Shown here: piece after piece, positions 47,798-60,179 of the stretch
Position numbering within the stretch: the first letter of the stretch is position 1
How the letters are laid out: every line of letters begins with the position of its first letter
DNA from: Octopus sinensis
Lineage: Eukaryota
Assembly: GCF_006345805.1 (NCBI RefSeq)
Contig: NC_043018.1
Coordinates: 6,386,001 to 6,450,000 of the forward strand
Direction: 5' to 3'
DNA length: 64,000 nucleotides
Made by a program: the position numbers and the translations under genes
The notes under the pieces: model-generated
Databases searched by the model: none
What the model was told of the DNA's origin: nothing
What the model saw: only the letters and a program-made list of their open reading frames with translations

Positions 47798-48535
47798 TTA
47801 TGATGGTGTGTAGAGGATGGCAGGTTGTTCTGGCTTAGTTTCCCTGAGTTGCTGTAGTCTTTTAGTTATTGTGGGTAGAGAGCACTCAGACCAGCTGGTA
47901 TCTCTCTTCCACGTTTCAGCAGTCTTGACAAATCTCCAGATTTGTCCATCTTCCCGAAGACTGAAGCTTTCCTGTAGAGCTGAGTTCCTATTCAGGGAAG
48001 CCACTACACGTAGCTTCGGATGTACATCGGACGGTAAGCCTGGGCGTGTTCGGAAGGTGGTCCGATTTTCCCGCCCAGCTTTAACTGAGGCCAGATGGTA
48101 AGAGGTTGCCTCAGTGGGGTCCGTAAAAGACAACTTGATGAGCCTAGGTTTTGGGCCAGGTCGTCCAAGGCGGATAGCACCCGTTGGGGGAACGCAGCCT
48201 AGGTCTTTGGCTGAGTTGGCAGCAAAAGCCTGAAGATCAGCCATGTCTTCTGGCACCCCAATGGCAATGACTTCATGGGTGGCAGAATCCGCGGTCTTAA
48301 ATGCGACAAGAGGTACAGGTACAGGGAGGTTCTTTAGCAGAGCATTCCGATAAGACCCCTCATTGTGGAGTCCAACCTGAATGGTTGCTTTTATTCCTGC
48401 TACTTCCCCTTTTAAAGCACAGATCGATTGTTGCAGTTCTGCAAGAACCGCACTGGTCAATTGGTGTTGTTGTTGTTGCTGCTGTTGCTCTGGTTGTGGT
48501 TGATTTTGTTGTTGCTGTTGTTGTTGTTGATGTTG
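47798..48535 (-). CDS. CR1 ORF1 C-terminal part (poly-Gln, coiled coil, RRM-like region)
   Basis: VIAIGVPED, IRLGRPGPKPRLIKLSF; the N-terminal ~32 codons of the computed ORF are SINE-derived. Confidence 0.7.
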   Translation of the reverse strand, partial: QHQQQQQQQQNQPQPEQQQQQQQHQLTSAVLAELQQSICALKGEVAGIKATIQVGLHNEGSYRNALLKNLPVPVPLVAFKTADSATHEVIAIGVPEDMADLQAFAANSAKDLGCVPPTGAIRLGRPGPKPRLIKLSFTDPTEATSYHLASVKAGRENRTTFRTRPGLPSDVHPKLRVVASLNRNSALQESFSLREDGQIWRFVKTAETWKRDTSWSECSLPTITKRLQQLRETKPEQPAILYTPS

Positions 48536-48637
48536 AAAATAAAGTGTCTTGCTCAAGGACGCAATGCAGCCCCAAGAATTTAACTCATGATTGTAAGATC
48601 GTGAGCTGAATATCCTGACCATTAAAGCCACACGCCT
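48536..48637 (-). mobile_element. SINE D 5' half (tRNA-like head)
   Basis: ggcgtgtggctttaatggtcagg..gagttaaattc..ccttgagcaagacactttattttc. Confidence 0.7.
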
Positions 48638-48830
48638 TCAGACACACTCACACACACAAACACACTCACACTCATACACACACTCATACACACACACACA
48701 TAGACACACAGTTATGTACTTGAAATGTTAAAGACATTTTTTTTTTCTCCATTTCCTGAGCATCTTTGATCTGTTTTTCTTCAAACTTGTTCTACCAATG
48801 GTGATAGTTTTTGCGAAATTTGTGAGAGGA

Positions 48831-49316
48831 GGTAAGTTGATTACATCGAACCCAGGTGAAGTCGACCCCAACTGAATTTGAACTCAGAACGTAGTGGCAG
48901 ACGAAATACCTATTTCTTTACTACCCACAAGGGGCTAATCACGGAGGGGACAAACAAGGACAGACCAACGGATTAAGACGATTATATCGACCCCAGTGCG
49001 TAACTGGTACTTATTTAATCGACCCCGAAAGGATGAAAGGCAAAGTTGACCTTGGCGGAATTTGAACTCAGAAGGTAGCGGCAGAAGAAATACCTATTTC
49101 TTTACTACCCACAAAGGGCTAAACACAGAGGGGAGAGACAAACGGATTAAGTTGATTATATCGACCCCAGTGCGTAACTGGTACTTATTTAATCGACCCC
49201 GAAAGGATGAAAGGCAAAGTCGACCTCGGTGGAATTTGAACTCAGAATGTAACGGCGGACGAAATACCACTAAGCATTTCACCCGGTGTGCTAACGATTC
49301 TGCCAGCTCACCGCCT
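48831..49316 (-). mobile_element. SINE B trimer; separate monomer at 49355-49487
   Basis: Junctions gaaatacc|tatttc at 48910/48911 and 49094/49095. Confidence 0.9.
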
Positions 49317-49651
49317 TAACTAATAATAATAATAATGATTTCAAGTTTTGCTACTTATTTAATCGACCCCGAAAGGATAAAAGGTAAAGTCAACTTCGGC
49401 GGAATTTGAACTCAGAACATAAAAAACGGATGAAATACCGCTAAGCATTTTGCCCAGGCTGCTAACGATTCCGCCAGTTACCCCACCTTATTGATAATGA
49501 TAACACACATTACAATTTTCTTCGAAATTTCCATTTTCATTTTGTACATATTTGTGATATATCAGAATATGTGTGTGTGTGTGTGAGTTCACTCCCCGCC
49601 CCCGTATTAAATTCCTATAGAATCATAACCAACTTCATACCTGCAATTTTG

Positions 49652-50048
49652 GGATCTTTTCGGTTTGAACGGCAGTTTTTTCTAGCGGTGTCATATGAAA
49701 TTGTCACCCTTAATTATGACCCTAGTATCAATCTATTGCATTTCAATCTGTGTTAGGGTTAGGGGGAAAGGAATCTTTTTTTCTTCACAAATGTAAATAA
49801 ACCCTAATCTGTTTCTTAAACAAGGGACATATTCATATGGCACAGAATGTTTTTTACCTCAATAGACGTCAGTGATTGGTTGAAATTGAAGAAAAAAACA
49901 ACAAATATCTTACAAACTATAGAATTTTCTCAATAAAGCCAAGAGACAAAGATGTTTTATAAACACATTCTACTAGTCTACGAAGTTTAAAATTTTTTAG
50001 TTACGTGGAAATTATTTTAAAAAACTGCCGTTCAACCCGAAAAGACCC
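49652..50048 (+). mobile_element. Merlin-type MITE with perfect 8-bp TSD
   Basis: caattttg at 49644-49651 and 50049-50056. Confidence 0.85.
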
Positions 50049-50419
50049 CAATTTTGTCATCTGCTATCAATGACGTTGGAAGTCCGGGGTTGTCTCCCTT
50101 ACCTATTAATTTCTCAAGACTTAACCAGGGATGTAATTTTGATTTCATTATCATTTAGGGTGCAACTAATTAAGCTTGCTGGATTAGGTTTACTTTAATT
50201 CTAACTAATTAATTAATTAAGCTTACTGGGTTATGGTTTGGATCACTTCCTTGTTAGCACCCATTAAGATAAGGAAATTTGAAGATTTAAGTTCATGTCA
50301 CTGGTATTCCAGTATGTGTGTGTGAAGGCCCATGGCCTATCGGTTAAGCTGTTGCACTCAGGATCTTTAGACCGTGGGTTCGATCCCCACGTTGCTCCAG
50401 TTTCCATATAAGATTTTTG

Positions 50420-51288
50420 GGGGTTCACACAACAAAATGATAAATTGTGGATCCTCAATAGGTTTTTGAGGGCCCTGAAAAATTTTTACTTTAGATGTAT
50501 GTATTGGAAGAAGCAGCTAGGGTTCTTTCTCTCACATTTTACATAGTTCAAATTACATGTGTTGACCCTTTTGTTACCATATTTCTATTGAGACGTTCTG
50601 TATTTCTTTCAATTAATTTTAAATATAACAAAGAATTTAGTAAAATAGCTTGGTTATCATTCAGCTGGTGTTAGGAACATAAGTTGTGACTAAGGTTTGG
50701 TGGAAGATTTCAATTCAAAGCTCATGAAAACCAGACATTTATACTTAGAGCCAGAGGTGGTTTCAGCCAGGTTGGTAACAAAAGGGTTAATGTGTGAAAA
50801 ACAAAATAGGAATTTTGCACATAAAAAGCACCCACTACACTCATAGAGTGGTTGGCGTTAGGAAGGGCATCCAGCTGTAGAAACATTGCCAGATCAGACT
50901 GGGCCTGGCGCAGCCTTCTGGCCTTCCAGGCCCCAGTTGAACCGTTCAACCCATGCTAGCATGGAAAGCGGACGCTAAATGATGATGATGATGAAAAAAG
51001 CTTCTATAAAATTAGTTTGTAAGTATTGAGTGGCTCAAAGGGGTTCAGAGATAAAAAATGGTTGAGAACCCCTGCTTTAGTTGTATGTATTGCAAGAAAC
51101 AGCAGGGTTTCTTTCTCCATCATTTTACATAGTTCAACCTACAAAAGTGAACATACGAAAGACAAACTAGGAATTTTGAAAGATGTTTCTATGAAACTAG
51201 TTTGTAAACATTGAAAGGCTATTGGGGTCCACCAGAATTAAATGATAATCAAAGGGGTCCGTAGATAAAAAATAGTTGAGAATCCCTG
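50420..51288. mobile_element. tandem hAT-like MITE units with nested piggyBac MITE (50566-50786) and RTE tail (50812-50994)
   Basis: cagggtttc / gttgagaa[c/t]ccctg termini; spacer ctttag[a/t]tgtatgtattg repeated. Confidence 0.5.
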
Positions 51289-51333
51289 ATGTAAGGAAAT
51301 TTGTTCACTCACTCGTGTATGTATGTGTGTATG

Positions 51334-51373
<40 letters not shown>

Positions 51374-52225
51374 CAGGGTGTCCATAAAGTCTCTTTACAA
51401 TTTTAAAGTTTTTTTAACTGTTATTTAATAGACCTCAATATGGGTACCATTAGTCGTTCGAAGCACTTCAAGACGGTACTCGATTTCTTGCCATGTTCAC
51501 TGTAGGATAGCCTCATCAACGGTGGCAATGGCATTACGAATCCTTTGCTTCAAGTCAGCAATATCCCGTATCTTTGTTTGATACACGATATTTTCTACCA
51601 TAATCCCATAAAAAGAAGTCCAAGGGAGTGATACCTGGCGAACGCGGTGGCCATGGAATTGGCCCAGCCCTTCCAATCTATTGGTCTGGAAATGTTTGAT
51701 TGAGGAACTGACGAACATGCCGTGCCCAACGTGGTGGTGCACCATCTTGCTGGAACTGATGGTTGGTTGTAAATCAATCAGTTGTGGTGCCACATATTTG
51801 GTCAGAAGGTCGAGGTAAACATCTGCAGTAATTGTTGCCTCGTTGAAGAAAACTGGACCAATTATTCGATTGCACATGATTCCACACAACACATTCACTT
51901 TTGGACTATCCCGTTGAAGCTCCCTAGTCACATGGGGGTATCCTGATCCCCAGATTTTCACATTGTGTCTGTTTAATATCCCCGAAACATGAAAAGTCGC
52001 CTCGTCACTAAAACAAACTCGCTTGAGGAATACTTCATCCTTTTTTTATAGAGGTTCAGTGAATCAGTTCCCTTCCATCAACAGAGTATCTGAAACACAA
52101 AAAATTAATATTAGTAAAAACTTTAATAAACAATCATTAAAATAAAACAAATCTCGTTAAAATATCTTATCAACTGCCTTTGTAATAATTTCTTTAAATT
52201 GTAAAGAGACTTTATGGACACACAG
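51374..52225 (-). mobile_element. internally deleted maT/DD37D-like Tc1-mariner element
   Basis: TIR cagggtgtccataaagtctctttacaattt at both ends; SPKVNVLCGI, IIGPVFF, WPPRSPGITPLDFFLW. Confidence 0.8.
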
Positions 52226-52857
52226 GTTTGAATATTTTATAAATGTTTATTCTTGATGTTGTTAGTCATATTCGGCTTGTAATTCACTCTGTGAGGGAAC
52301 ATTTGTAAATAACATGTAAAAACCATACACACACACACACACACACACACACTAACCTTTTCTCTCTCTCTCTCTCTCATACACACACACACACAGGATT
52401 TACTGCTAATTTCACTGTTTAACTGTGCAAGTGACTGACTCCATGCACAAACATTTATATATATCCACACACACACACACACACACACATGCTTGCACTG
52501 AAGCATGTCCTCCTCACACACAAATGCATCTACTTGTTTGTATTGAAATACCTCTCTCTCACTCCTAACTTTCTTTTCTCTCCCTCTCTCTTCTCTCCCT
52601 CTCTCTTCTCTCTCCCTCTCTCCACATATGCATGAACCACATTTTATACAAACTTCTAAACAAACTTCCTCGTAACATGCAAATATTATTTACTTAGCCA
52701 GCCCCCTCTCCTTACACACATATAAATGCACATACATATACACACACATATACATGCACACACATATGCACACCAACCAATAGACATAAACACAATGACA
52801 TACTCATATACACGTACGCAATGCGGTGGGGTTTGTTTGCAACTACCACACAATGTC

Positions 52858-53128
52858 AAGACGAGGACACACACATGCAACACACACACTCAACACACAC
52901 ACTCAACACACACACACACACAAAACACACACACACACAACACCCACACACAACACAACACCCACACACAAAACACACACACACACACACACAACACCCA
53001 CACACACACACACAACACCCACACACAAACACACACACACACCACAACACCCACCCACACACACACACACAACACACACACACAACACCCACACACACAC
53101 ACACAACACAACACTCAACACACACATG
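52858..53128. repeat. CA/CAA-rich microsatellite
   Basis: Direct inspection. Confidence 0.85.
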
Positions 53129-53139
53129 CAAAAGTTTTC

Positions 53140-53295
53140 CTTCAGTTTCCGTCTTCTAAATTCCCTCACAAGTCTCTGGTCAGTCAGGAATCTATCATAG
53201 AAGAAATCTACCCATGGTGCTGCATAAAGGGATTGAACTTGAGATCTCTGGGTTTAGAAGCTAGCTTCTTAGCAACACAGCCACACCTGTGCCTC
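53140..53295 (-). mobile_element. SINE A 5' half (old)
   Basis: Degenerate match. Confidence 0.55.
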
Positions 53296-53682
53296 AGAAT
53301 TGCATAAGGCTACCTTTTGTTGTTGGAATTCTTGATGACTAACTCATAAATTTAACAAGTAAACTATTTCGTTGAACAACCAGTTACTCATCAGCAAAAC
53401 AGACTGAGGATCCTTCATTAATTGTTTGGTTAATTGCCAAGGCATGTTTCCTCATTTAGCAATTACTTTCATTGATTGGTTTCATTGATTAATTAAATAA
53501 TTGAGAAGATAAGCAATGCTGTTGGAGAGATTTTGTTTCACTAAAGCGAAACCTAATTTTTTTTTTTTTTACCAATGTACACCTGAGGTCATACCCTGTC
53601 ATAATGGCCCCTGTTGCCATCTCAGATGGAACCTTTTATCAACACAGAACTCCCCTTAATGGTTAAGGCCTAGTAGTTAGAT

Positions 53683-53901
53683 CAGTGCTTTTTAAACTTT
53701 TTGTTGGAGCGGAACCCCAAGGAAACATTCCACTGGCTTGAGGAACCCCTGTGCAATAATTTAATAGTCTTATGCACACATATCTGCACAGGAGAATTAA
53801 AAATTACTGCCGATTTTAGCAGCTTTGTAACTTCTTGTGGAACCCTTGGACTGTACTGGCGGAACCTTAAGGTTCCGCGGAACCCTGGTTGAAAACCACT
53901 G
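53683..53901. mobile_element. hAT-Charlie-like MITE with 8-bp TSD, inserted in an old SINE head
   Basis: agttagat|cagtgctttttaaac ... gttgaaaaccactg|agttagat. Confidence 0.85.
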
Positions 53902-54809
53902 AGTTAGATTGTTACACTTGTGATTGCAAGTTTGTGGTTTCGATTCCCAGATTGGGCGGTGCGTTTTGTTCTCTTAAGCAAGACACTTCATTTCATGTTA
54001 CTCCAGGCATGAAGTAACCGAATAGCCCTGTGATGGACTGGGATCCTGGGGGTGGGTGGGTGGGGGACTGTTGCAAAGTCTGTTACTTACATTGCCAAGG
54101 AAACCAGGTCGTGAGTTTTTGGACTTGAGGCAGAAATGTTCAGCAGTTGATGATGATGAGGAGGAGAAGGGCAAATGTTCTTTAGCGTGATGTGGTGTTA
54201 TTCATAGATAATGGCATTCTTGCATTTGTTTATCACCAACACCGCCTGAACCATCACCAACACCACCACCTCAACTACAACACCACTACCAATACTACTA
54301 CTGTTGCCATCACCACCACTACTGCCATGACCCCCAGCAGAAGCTGCTTGTCTTTCTTCCACGCCGCCACCATACAGTTAGTTCCATGACTCACTGTAGC
54401 TGTTAATGGTGATGATGATGATGCTATTAGCGATGTTGATAGAATTTATGATGATGATGATGATTGTGGTTTTCAAAATAAATTAACATTTTTGTAGTTT
54501 AGGGAGATAGGGGCAACGCCCAAGACTTCTTTTCCAAGGTCTTTGAGATTCCTGTTGATTATAATGATGGTAATAATAATATTGTTTTAATGATATTGTG
54601 GATTATGCTGCTGCTGATGATGATGATGAATTTGTCATTGAGATTATTTACATTTGGAAGCTAATTAATTTTGCAAAACCATTTTGGAGTTTCTTCTGTG
54701 ATTCTCATTACTTTTGATATTAGGTGTGTGTGTGTGTGTGTGTGTGTGTGATCTGAATGCTAAAGTGTTGAGTGGAAACATTGTTCAAAGTTGGATAAAC
54801 AGACAGAGT

Positions 54810-55219
54810 GGATCTTTTCGGTTTGGCCGCAGTTTTTCTGGCGGTGTCATATGAAATTGTCACCCATAATTATGACCCTAGTATCGATCTATTGCATTTC
54901 AATCTGTTTTAGGGGTGGGGGGAAGGGTATCTTTTTTCTTCAGAAATGTAAATAAACCCAATCTGTTTCTTAAACGAGGGACATATTCATACGGCACAGA
55001 ATGTTTTTTACCTCGATAGACGTCATTGATCAGTTGAAATTGCAGAAATTGAAGAAAAAAAAACCCAACAAATATCTTACAAACTATAGAATTTTCTCAA
55101 TAAAGCCAAGAGAAAAAGATGTTTTATAAACACATTCGACCAGTATACAAAGTTTAAAAGGGTTTAGTTACGTGGAAATTATTTAAAAAAAAAAACTGTC
55201 GTTCAAACCGAAAAGATCC
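54810..55219 (+). mobile_element. Merlin-type MITE with 7 of 8 TSD match
   Basis: gacagagt / gacagaga. Confidence 0.85.
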
Positions 55220-55779
55220 GACAGAGAAAGTACTAGAATGGAATAATTCCAAGGTGTCAGTGTACTGGATGAAAAGCCATCGGTGTTGGCATCCCCAGCA
55301 TGTCAAGAATGCAATGATTGAAACCAGCAAAATAATAAAAGACTGCCTTGGAAGGGAAGGGAACATCTTAGCAGCCTTTTTTCTTCATAATCTAGTCTTA
55401 GGAATCTCACAAATAAGGTCAAGTAGTGATCTATTATGGTACTAATGTTTCCTCTGACAGTTGACATGGCTAGAAAGAAAAGGAAGAACGAAGGGAGTTA
55501 GTGCAGTGGTGGTGACGGGGACGTAGAGTAATATGGCATGGTTTTTTTGTTTTCTCCCTCCTTTATTAATAATCGGGGGGGGGGGGCATTTAATTCTCTC
55601 TGCTAATTGCACTTTGGTTCATTTATTCCGTTGTTCTCCTTTGTAAATCTGTGTGTGCTTATTATACACTTACATGGATTATAAATGTGTTTGTGTGTGT
55701 GTATAAATATTTGTGTATGTCTGTATATGTATATACATATGTGTGAACACACACACGTCTGTAAATATAAACGTGTAGA

Positions 55780-55804
55780 TGTGTGTATGCATGTGTGTGT
55801 GTGG

Positions 55805-55848
<44 letters not shown>

Positions 55849-56390
55849 ACAACATAATAAATAAAAGATATGGATATATACATACATATATGTACATACC
55901 TACATCTATATGTATATATACATGCATATATGGGTACAGGACACCAAAAAACGTGTATGTATATATGTATATGTATGTATGTATATATGTATATATATAT
56001 GTATGTATGTATGTATATATATGTATGTATATATGTATATATATATGTATATATGTGTATATATATATATGTGTATGTATGTGTATGTATATATGTATAT
56101 ATATATGTGTATATATATATATGTATATATATGTGTATATATATATATGTGTATGTATATGTGTATGTATATATGTGTGTTTGTATATATGTGTGTATGT
56201 ATATATGTGTGTATGTATGTATATATGTATGTATGTATATATGTATGTATAAGTATATACTTATGTATGTATGTATGTATATATATGTGTGTATGTATAT
56301 ATATGTATATGTATGTATGTATATGTGTATGTATGTGTATGTATATGTGTATGTATGTGTATGTATATATGTGTATGTATGTTATGTATT
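55780..56390. repeat. (TA)/(TATG)n microsatellite
   Basis: Direct inspection. Confidence 0.9.
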
Positions 56391-56654
56391 ATATTTCTCA
56401 GAAATTTAAACTATACTTTTTCTTAACCCTGGGAATGAATTGCCTTTCAATCGTACACCCTTCATTGTCACCAACCAACCAATCCAGCAATCCTCTCCAC
56501 CACCAACAACTGGTCCGTCGACTTGCTCGTCTCCCTATTTACTTAGCAAACCACCCTTCTACAAGTCACCATTCAAGTTTTCGGCTTTGCGTTTTGGAGT
56601 TGCCTCCCTTTCCTCACTTGCGTCCAGGATTGTTAAACTTTTTTTTTCTTATGT

Positions 56655-57245
56655 GGGTATTTCGTCTGCTGTTACGCTCTGAGTTCAAATTCCTCCGAGG
56701 TCGACTTTGCCTTTCATTCTCTCGGGGTCGATGGATTAAGTACCAGTTGCGTACTGGAGTCAATCTAATCGACTGGCCCCATCCCCCAAATTTTCGGGCC
56801 TTGTACCTTGAGTAGAAAAGATTATTATTAATTATTATTGTTGTTGTGTTTTGTTATTGAAGATGGGGAGCTGGCAGAAACGTTAGCACGCCGGGCGAAA
56901 TGCGTAGCCGTATTTTGTCTGCCGTTACGTTCTGAGTTCAAATTACGTCGAGGTCGACTTTGCCTTTCATCTGTTCGGGGTCGATAAATTAAGTACCAGT
57001 TACGCACTGGGGTAGATGTAATCGACTTAATCCGTTTGTCCTCTTTGTGTTTAGCCCCTTGTGGGTAGTAAAGAAATAAGTATTTCATCTGCCGCTACCT
57101 TCCGGGTTCAAATTCCGTTGTGGTCGATTCTGCTTTTCATCCTTTCAGAGTCGATTAAATAAGTACCAGTTATGCACTAGGGACCAATGTAATCGACTAA
57201 CCCCCTCCACCCAATTTTCAGGGCCTTCTGCCTAGAGTAGAAATA
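56655..57245 (+). mobile_element. SINE B partial (56655-56825) and dimer (56865-57245)
   Basis: Dimer junction gaaata|agtatttc at 57078/57079; last unit has tail 2. Confidence 0.85.
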
Positions 57246-57715
57246 TTAAATCATTATATATTTATAAAAAATGCCAAAACGAATTTCTGTGTGTCAGTGT
57301 GTCAGACTTTGAGCCCCTCTCTCACTATTCAGTGACACGTTTTCCACTCCGCTTGCTGGGGTGAGAGTAATCCTAGACATAGAGACGGTGAGGGTGGTAG
57401 TAGATTCACAGTTGAGATGGTAATGGGGCAATAGTAATAATATGAGCTGTAGTTGTGATAGAGGCGGAGGTGGTGGTGGTGGTAGAGGCGGTCAAGCATG
57501 CCGGTAATAGTAAGGGATGTAAGAGACTGGTGATGATGGTGGAGGGGAAAGTGGTGAGTCAAAGGTGTTAGTGGTGGCGTCAGAAGTCTGAATGGTGGGT
57601 GTATGGCAGTTGTGATAGCGATGGCGGTAGTACCGTGTACTGAACCCCACTATCCCCCCCCCCATCCCGAATGGGAAGGCAAAAAATGTTGTTATGAAAC
57701 TTTGCAATAAGTTCC

Positions 57716-58060
57716 ATTCATCATCATCATTTAACGTCCGTTTTTCCATGCTAGCATGGGTTGGAAGGTTGGACTGGGGTCGGTAAGCCATGGAGACTGA
57801 ACCAGGCTCCAATCTTGATCTGGCAGTGTTTCTACAGCTGGATGCCCTTCCTAATGCCAACCACTCCAAGAGTGTAGTGGGTGTTTTTATGTGCCACCGG
57901 AGGCTGGTAAACGGCCACGATTGGTCGGTGCTTTTATGTGTCACCGACACGGACGCCAGTCAGGCGGCGCTGGCATCTGCCATGTTTGGACGGTGCTTTT
58001 TTACGTGTCACCGGCACAGGTGTCTTAACTGCAATTTCCATTTGATTTTTATTTTGATGT
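57716..58060 (-). mobile_element. RTE 3' tail fragment
   Basis: (CAT)n tail plus 62-bp-type units. Confidence 0.85.
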
Positions 58061-58934
58061 TGGTGTTCCATTGTTTTGATAAAAATTATTCATTGCTTGA
58101 AAAATATTGTTTAAGTTGAATAAATTTAATAATGTACTCAATACATGAAGTGTCATTATTGGGCTCAAGGCCCAATGAAGAGCCCTCCACAGGAGCTAGC
58201 TTAAAAGTCGCTCGATAGGGTGGCTTTTAATACATTTGTTTGTTTGTACTCCACCTGCCTTCATCTTTTGTTTATTTTCGTAAACCTTCCCGTTATATAT
58301 ATATAAAATATAAATTAGAGATAAAACCACTATTATGCAACTCAAACAGTGATAGACATAAACCAATACATAAATAACAAATTATATTTTTATAAAACAT
58401 ATAATTAGATTTTAAAAAGTATAAAAATGAATGATCAATATATAATAAGGAAAAAAACTACATTTATTGTGTGTGTTTGTTATCAAAGATACACTTTGTT
58501 AATGAACTTAAAGTTCTAAACTTTGACCACCAGTACTTCAGAAAGGTCACCAACTTAACCCTAAGATAACACATGGACAGTTGCACTATAATCAACCTGT
58601 TAGTTCTTACCTGCTAATTATTTCTCTACATTCGTTTACGTTGCACCCACGCGCAGTTTAAGCACAACACTCAAACTGATGATGTGTAATTTGACTCCAC
58701 TAAACTGGTTATCTTGCCCCGTGGAACATCTTCCCCACTTCCTCATCACCATCGCAATCTGACGTCATGAAAATCTCAAATCCTGCAGGTTGCCAACCAC
58801 TAGCTTAAACCACCTGGTGGAGCTGCTTAATCTGTTTTCTTTATCATGTGGAAGGATGTAGATAGTTATCTGATGTCTCTGTTGTAACAAATTATTCAGT
58901 GTGACCTGGAAGAACCCCGAAATATTGTGTTGTT

Positions 58935-59200
58935 GGGCCGACCAAAGCCTTGTGAGTAGATTTGGCAAATGGAAACTAAGAAAAGCCCATCATCATCATC
59001 AAAGATCTGTTTTCTATGCTGGCATGTATTGGACATCATGTGTGTGTGTAGGCATGGCTGTGTGAGAAGAAGCTTGCTTCCCAACCACATGGTTCTGAGT
59101 TCAGTCCTACTGCGTGGCAGTGTCTTCTACTATAGCCTCAGGCTGACCAAAGCCTTGTGAGTGGATTTGATAGACAGAAACTGAAAGAAGCCCATTGTAT
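58935..59200 (+). mobile_element. two SINE A 5' fragments
   Basis: accaaagccttgtgagt occurs twice. Confidence 0.7.
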
Positions 59201-59314
59201 GTATGTATATATATATACATATACAACTAATGTAGGATAAAATTTTTTTTTCGAAAAAATTTTTTATCAATGGCCAGCATATCAAAAAATACCTTTAAAG
59301 GTTAAAATTATAAA

Positions 59315-59498
59315 TAACTTATAAAATAAGGGCAAAAGAAAAATTCTAATGCCAAATATTCCAAAAAAAGACAAAATTGTCAATAATCATTATAATTTAT
59401 GCGTCTTGAAATGCATAAATTATAATGGTTATTGACAATTTTGTCTTTTTTTCGGCATATTTGGCGTTAGAATTTTTCTTTTGCCCTTATTTTATAAG

Positions 59499-59501
<3 letters not shown>
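59315..59501. repeat. fold-back palindrome (about 90-bp arms) abutting (TA)n
   Basis: taacttataaaataagggc... / ...gcccttattttataagtta; centre gcgtcttgaaatgc. Confidence 0.85.
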
Positions 59502-59536
<35 letters not shown>

Positions 59537-60179
59537 AAGATAAACAAGAATGAAAATGCTACTTTCTTAAAATTGGGTGTTTTAATTTACATGATTAGGT
59601 TTTTTGAAAAAACCTTATCAAAAATAAGTATAAAATATGTGTAAAGAGAAGGGGGCTATTAATATAATTAAATTAAAATCAAAATTAAGAATAACACTCA
59701 TAGTTTACTGTCCTTTCTTCTTGCATGAGCAAGACTAGTGTGGTCAAGACTTACCTCAAAGGTAAGACATTATTATTGTTCACTGATATTTTTTCCTATC
59801 TTGTCTGTTATAGATTTGTGACTATTCAGTGGTACAGAAGTATTTTGTAACTTCTATCATTAACGATATAGGTACTCATGTAGTACCCTTGTGTATATAT
59901 GTACATGTTTAATATTGTATGTATATATTTTATTAATTTGCTTGTACGGCTGATAATTTGCTTACCACTTGTGATAGTATTTTAATAATACCATCCCTAT
60001 ATATATATATATATATATATATAAAGGTCTCAGTATAGCTAGTTTAGAGAATTTAGACTCAGTCGGTATTTTCTTATGAAGTGTATTTCCTTGCTAATGC
60101 GTTCATTTTGGCTAGTGTTGTCTTTGAATTTGTATACCAACCATTTTTTAGACTCAGTACACAGGAACAGGGATACACG

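Larger units (their letters stand above)
44941..48535 (-). mobile_element. CR1-clade LINE, 5'-truncated within ORF1, (TAT)n tail
   Basis: ORF1 part, intact ORF2, short 3' UTR with gtgc-acctga-gcac hairpin. Confidence 0.95.

Noticed and set aside
48536-48637. Pol III-headed LINE (SINE-LINE template-switch chimera)
   Set aside because: The other half of the same SINE lies at 44712-44940 beyond the LINE tail, so this is a LINE inserted into a SINE.
55910-56815. 301-aa ORF as a host gene
   Set aside because: Microsatellite plus SINE B translation; no recognisable domain.
58172-58232. Degenerate hammerhead ccaatga-a-gagc...gctc-gata
   Set aside because: G5 and A14 are lost and there is no stem I; at most a decayed PLE terminus.
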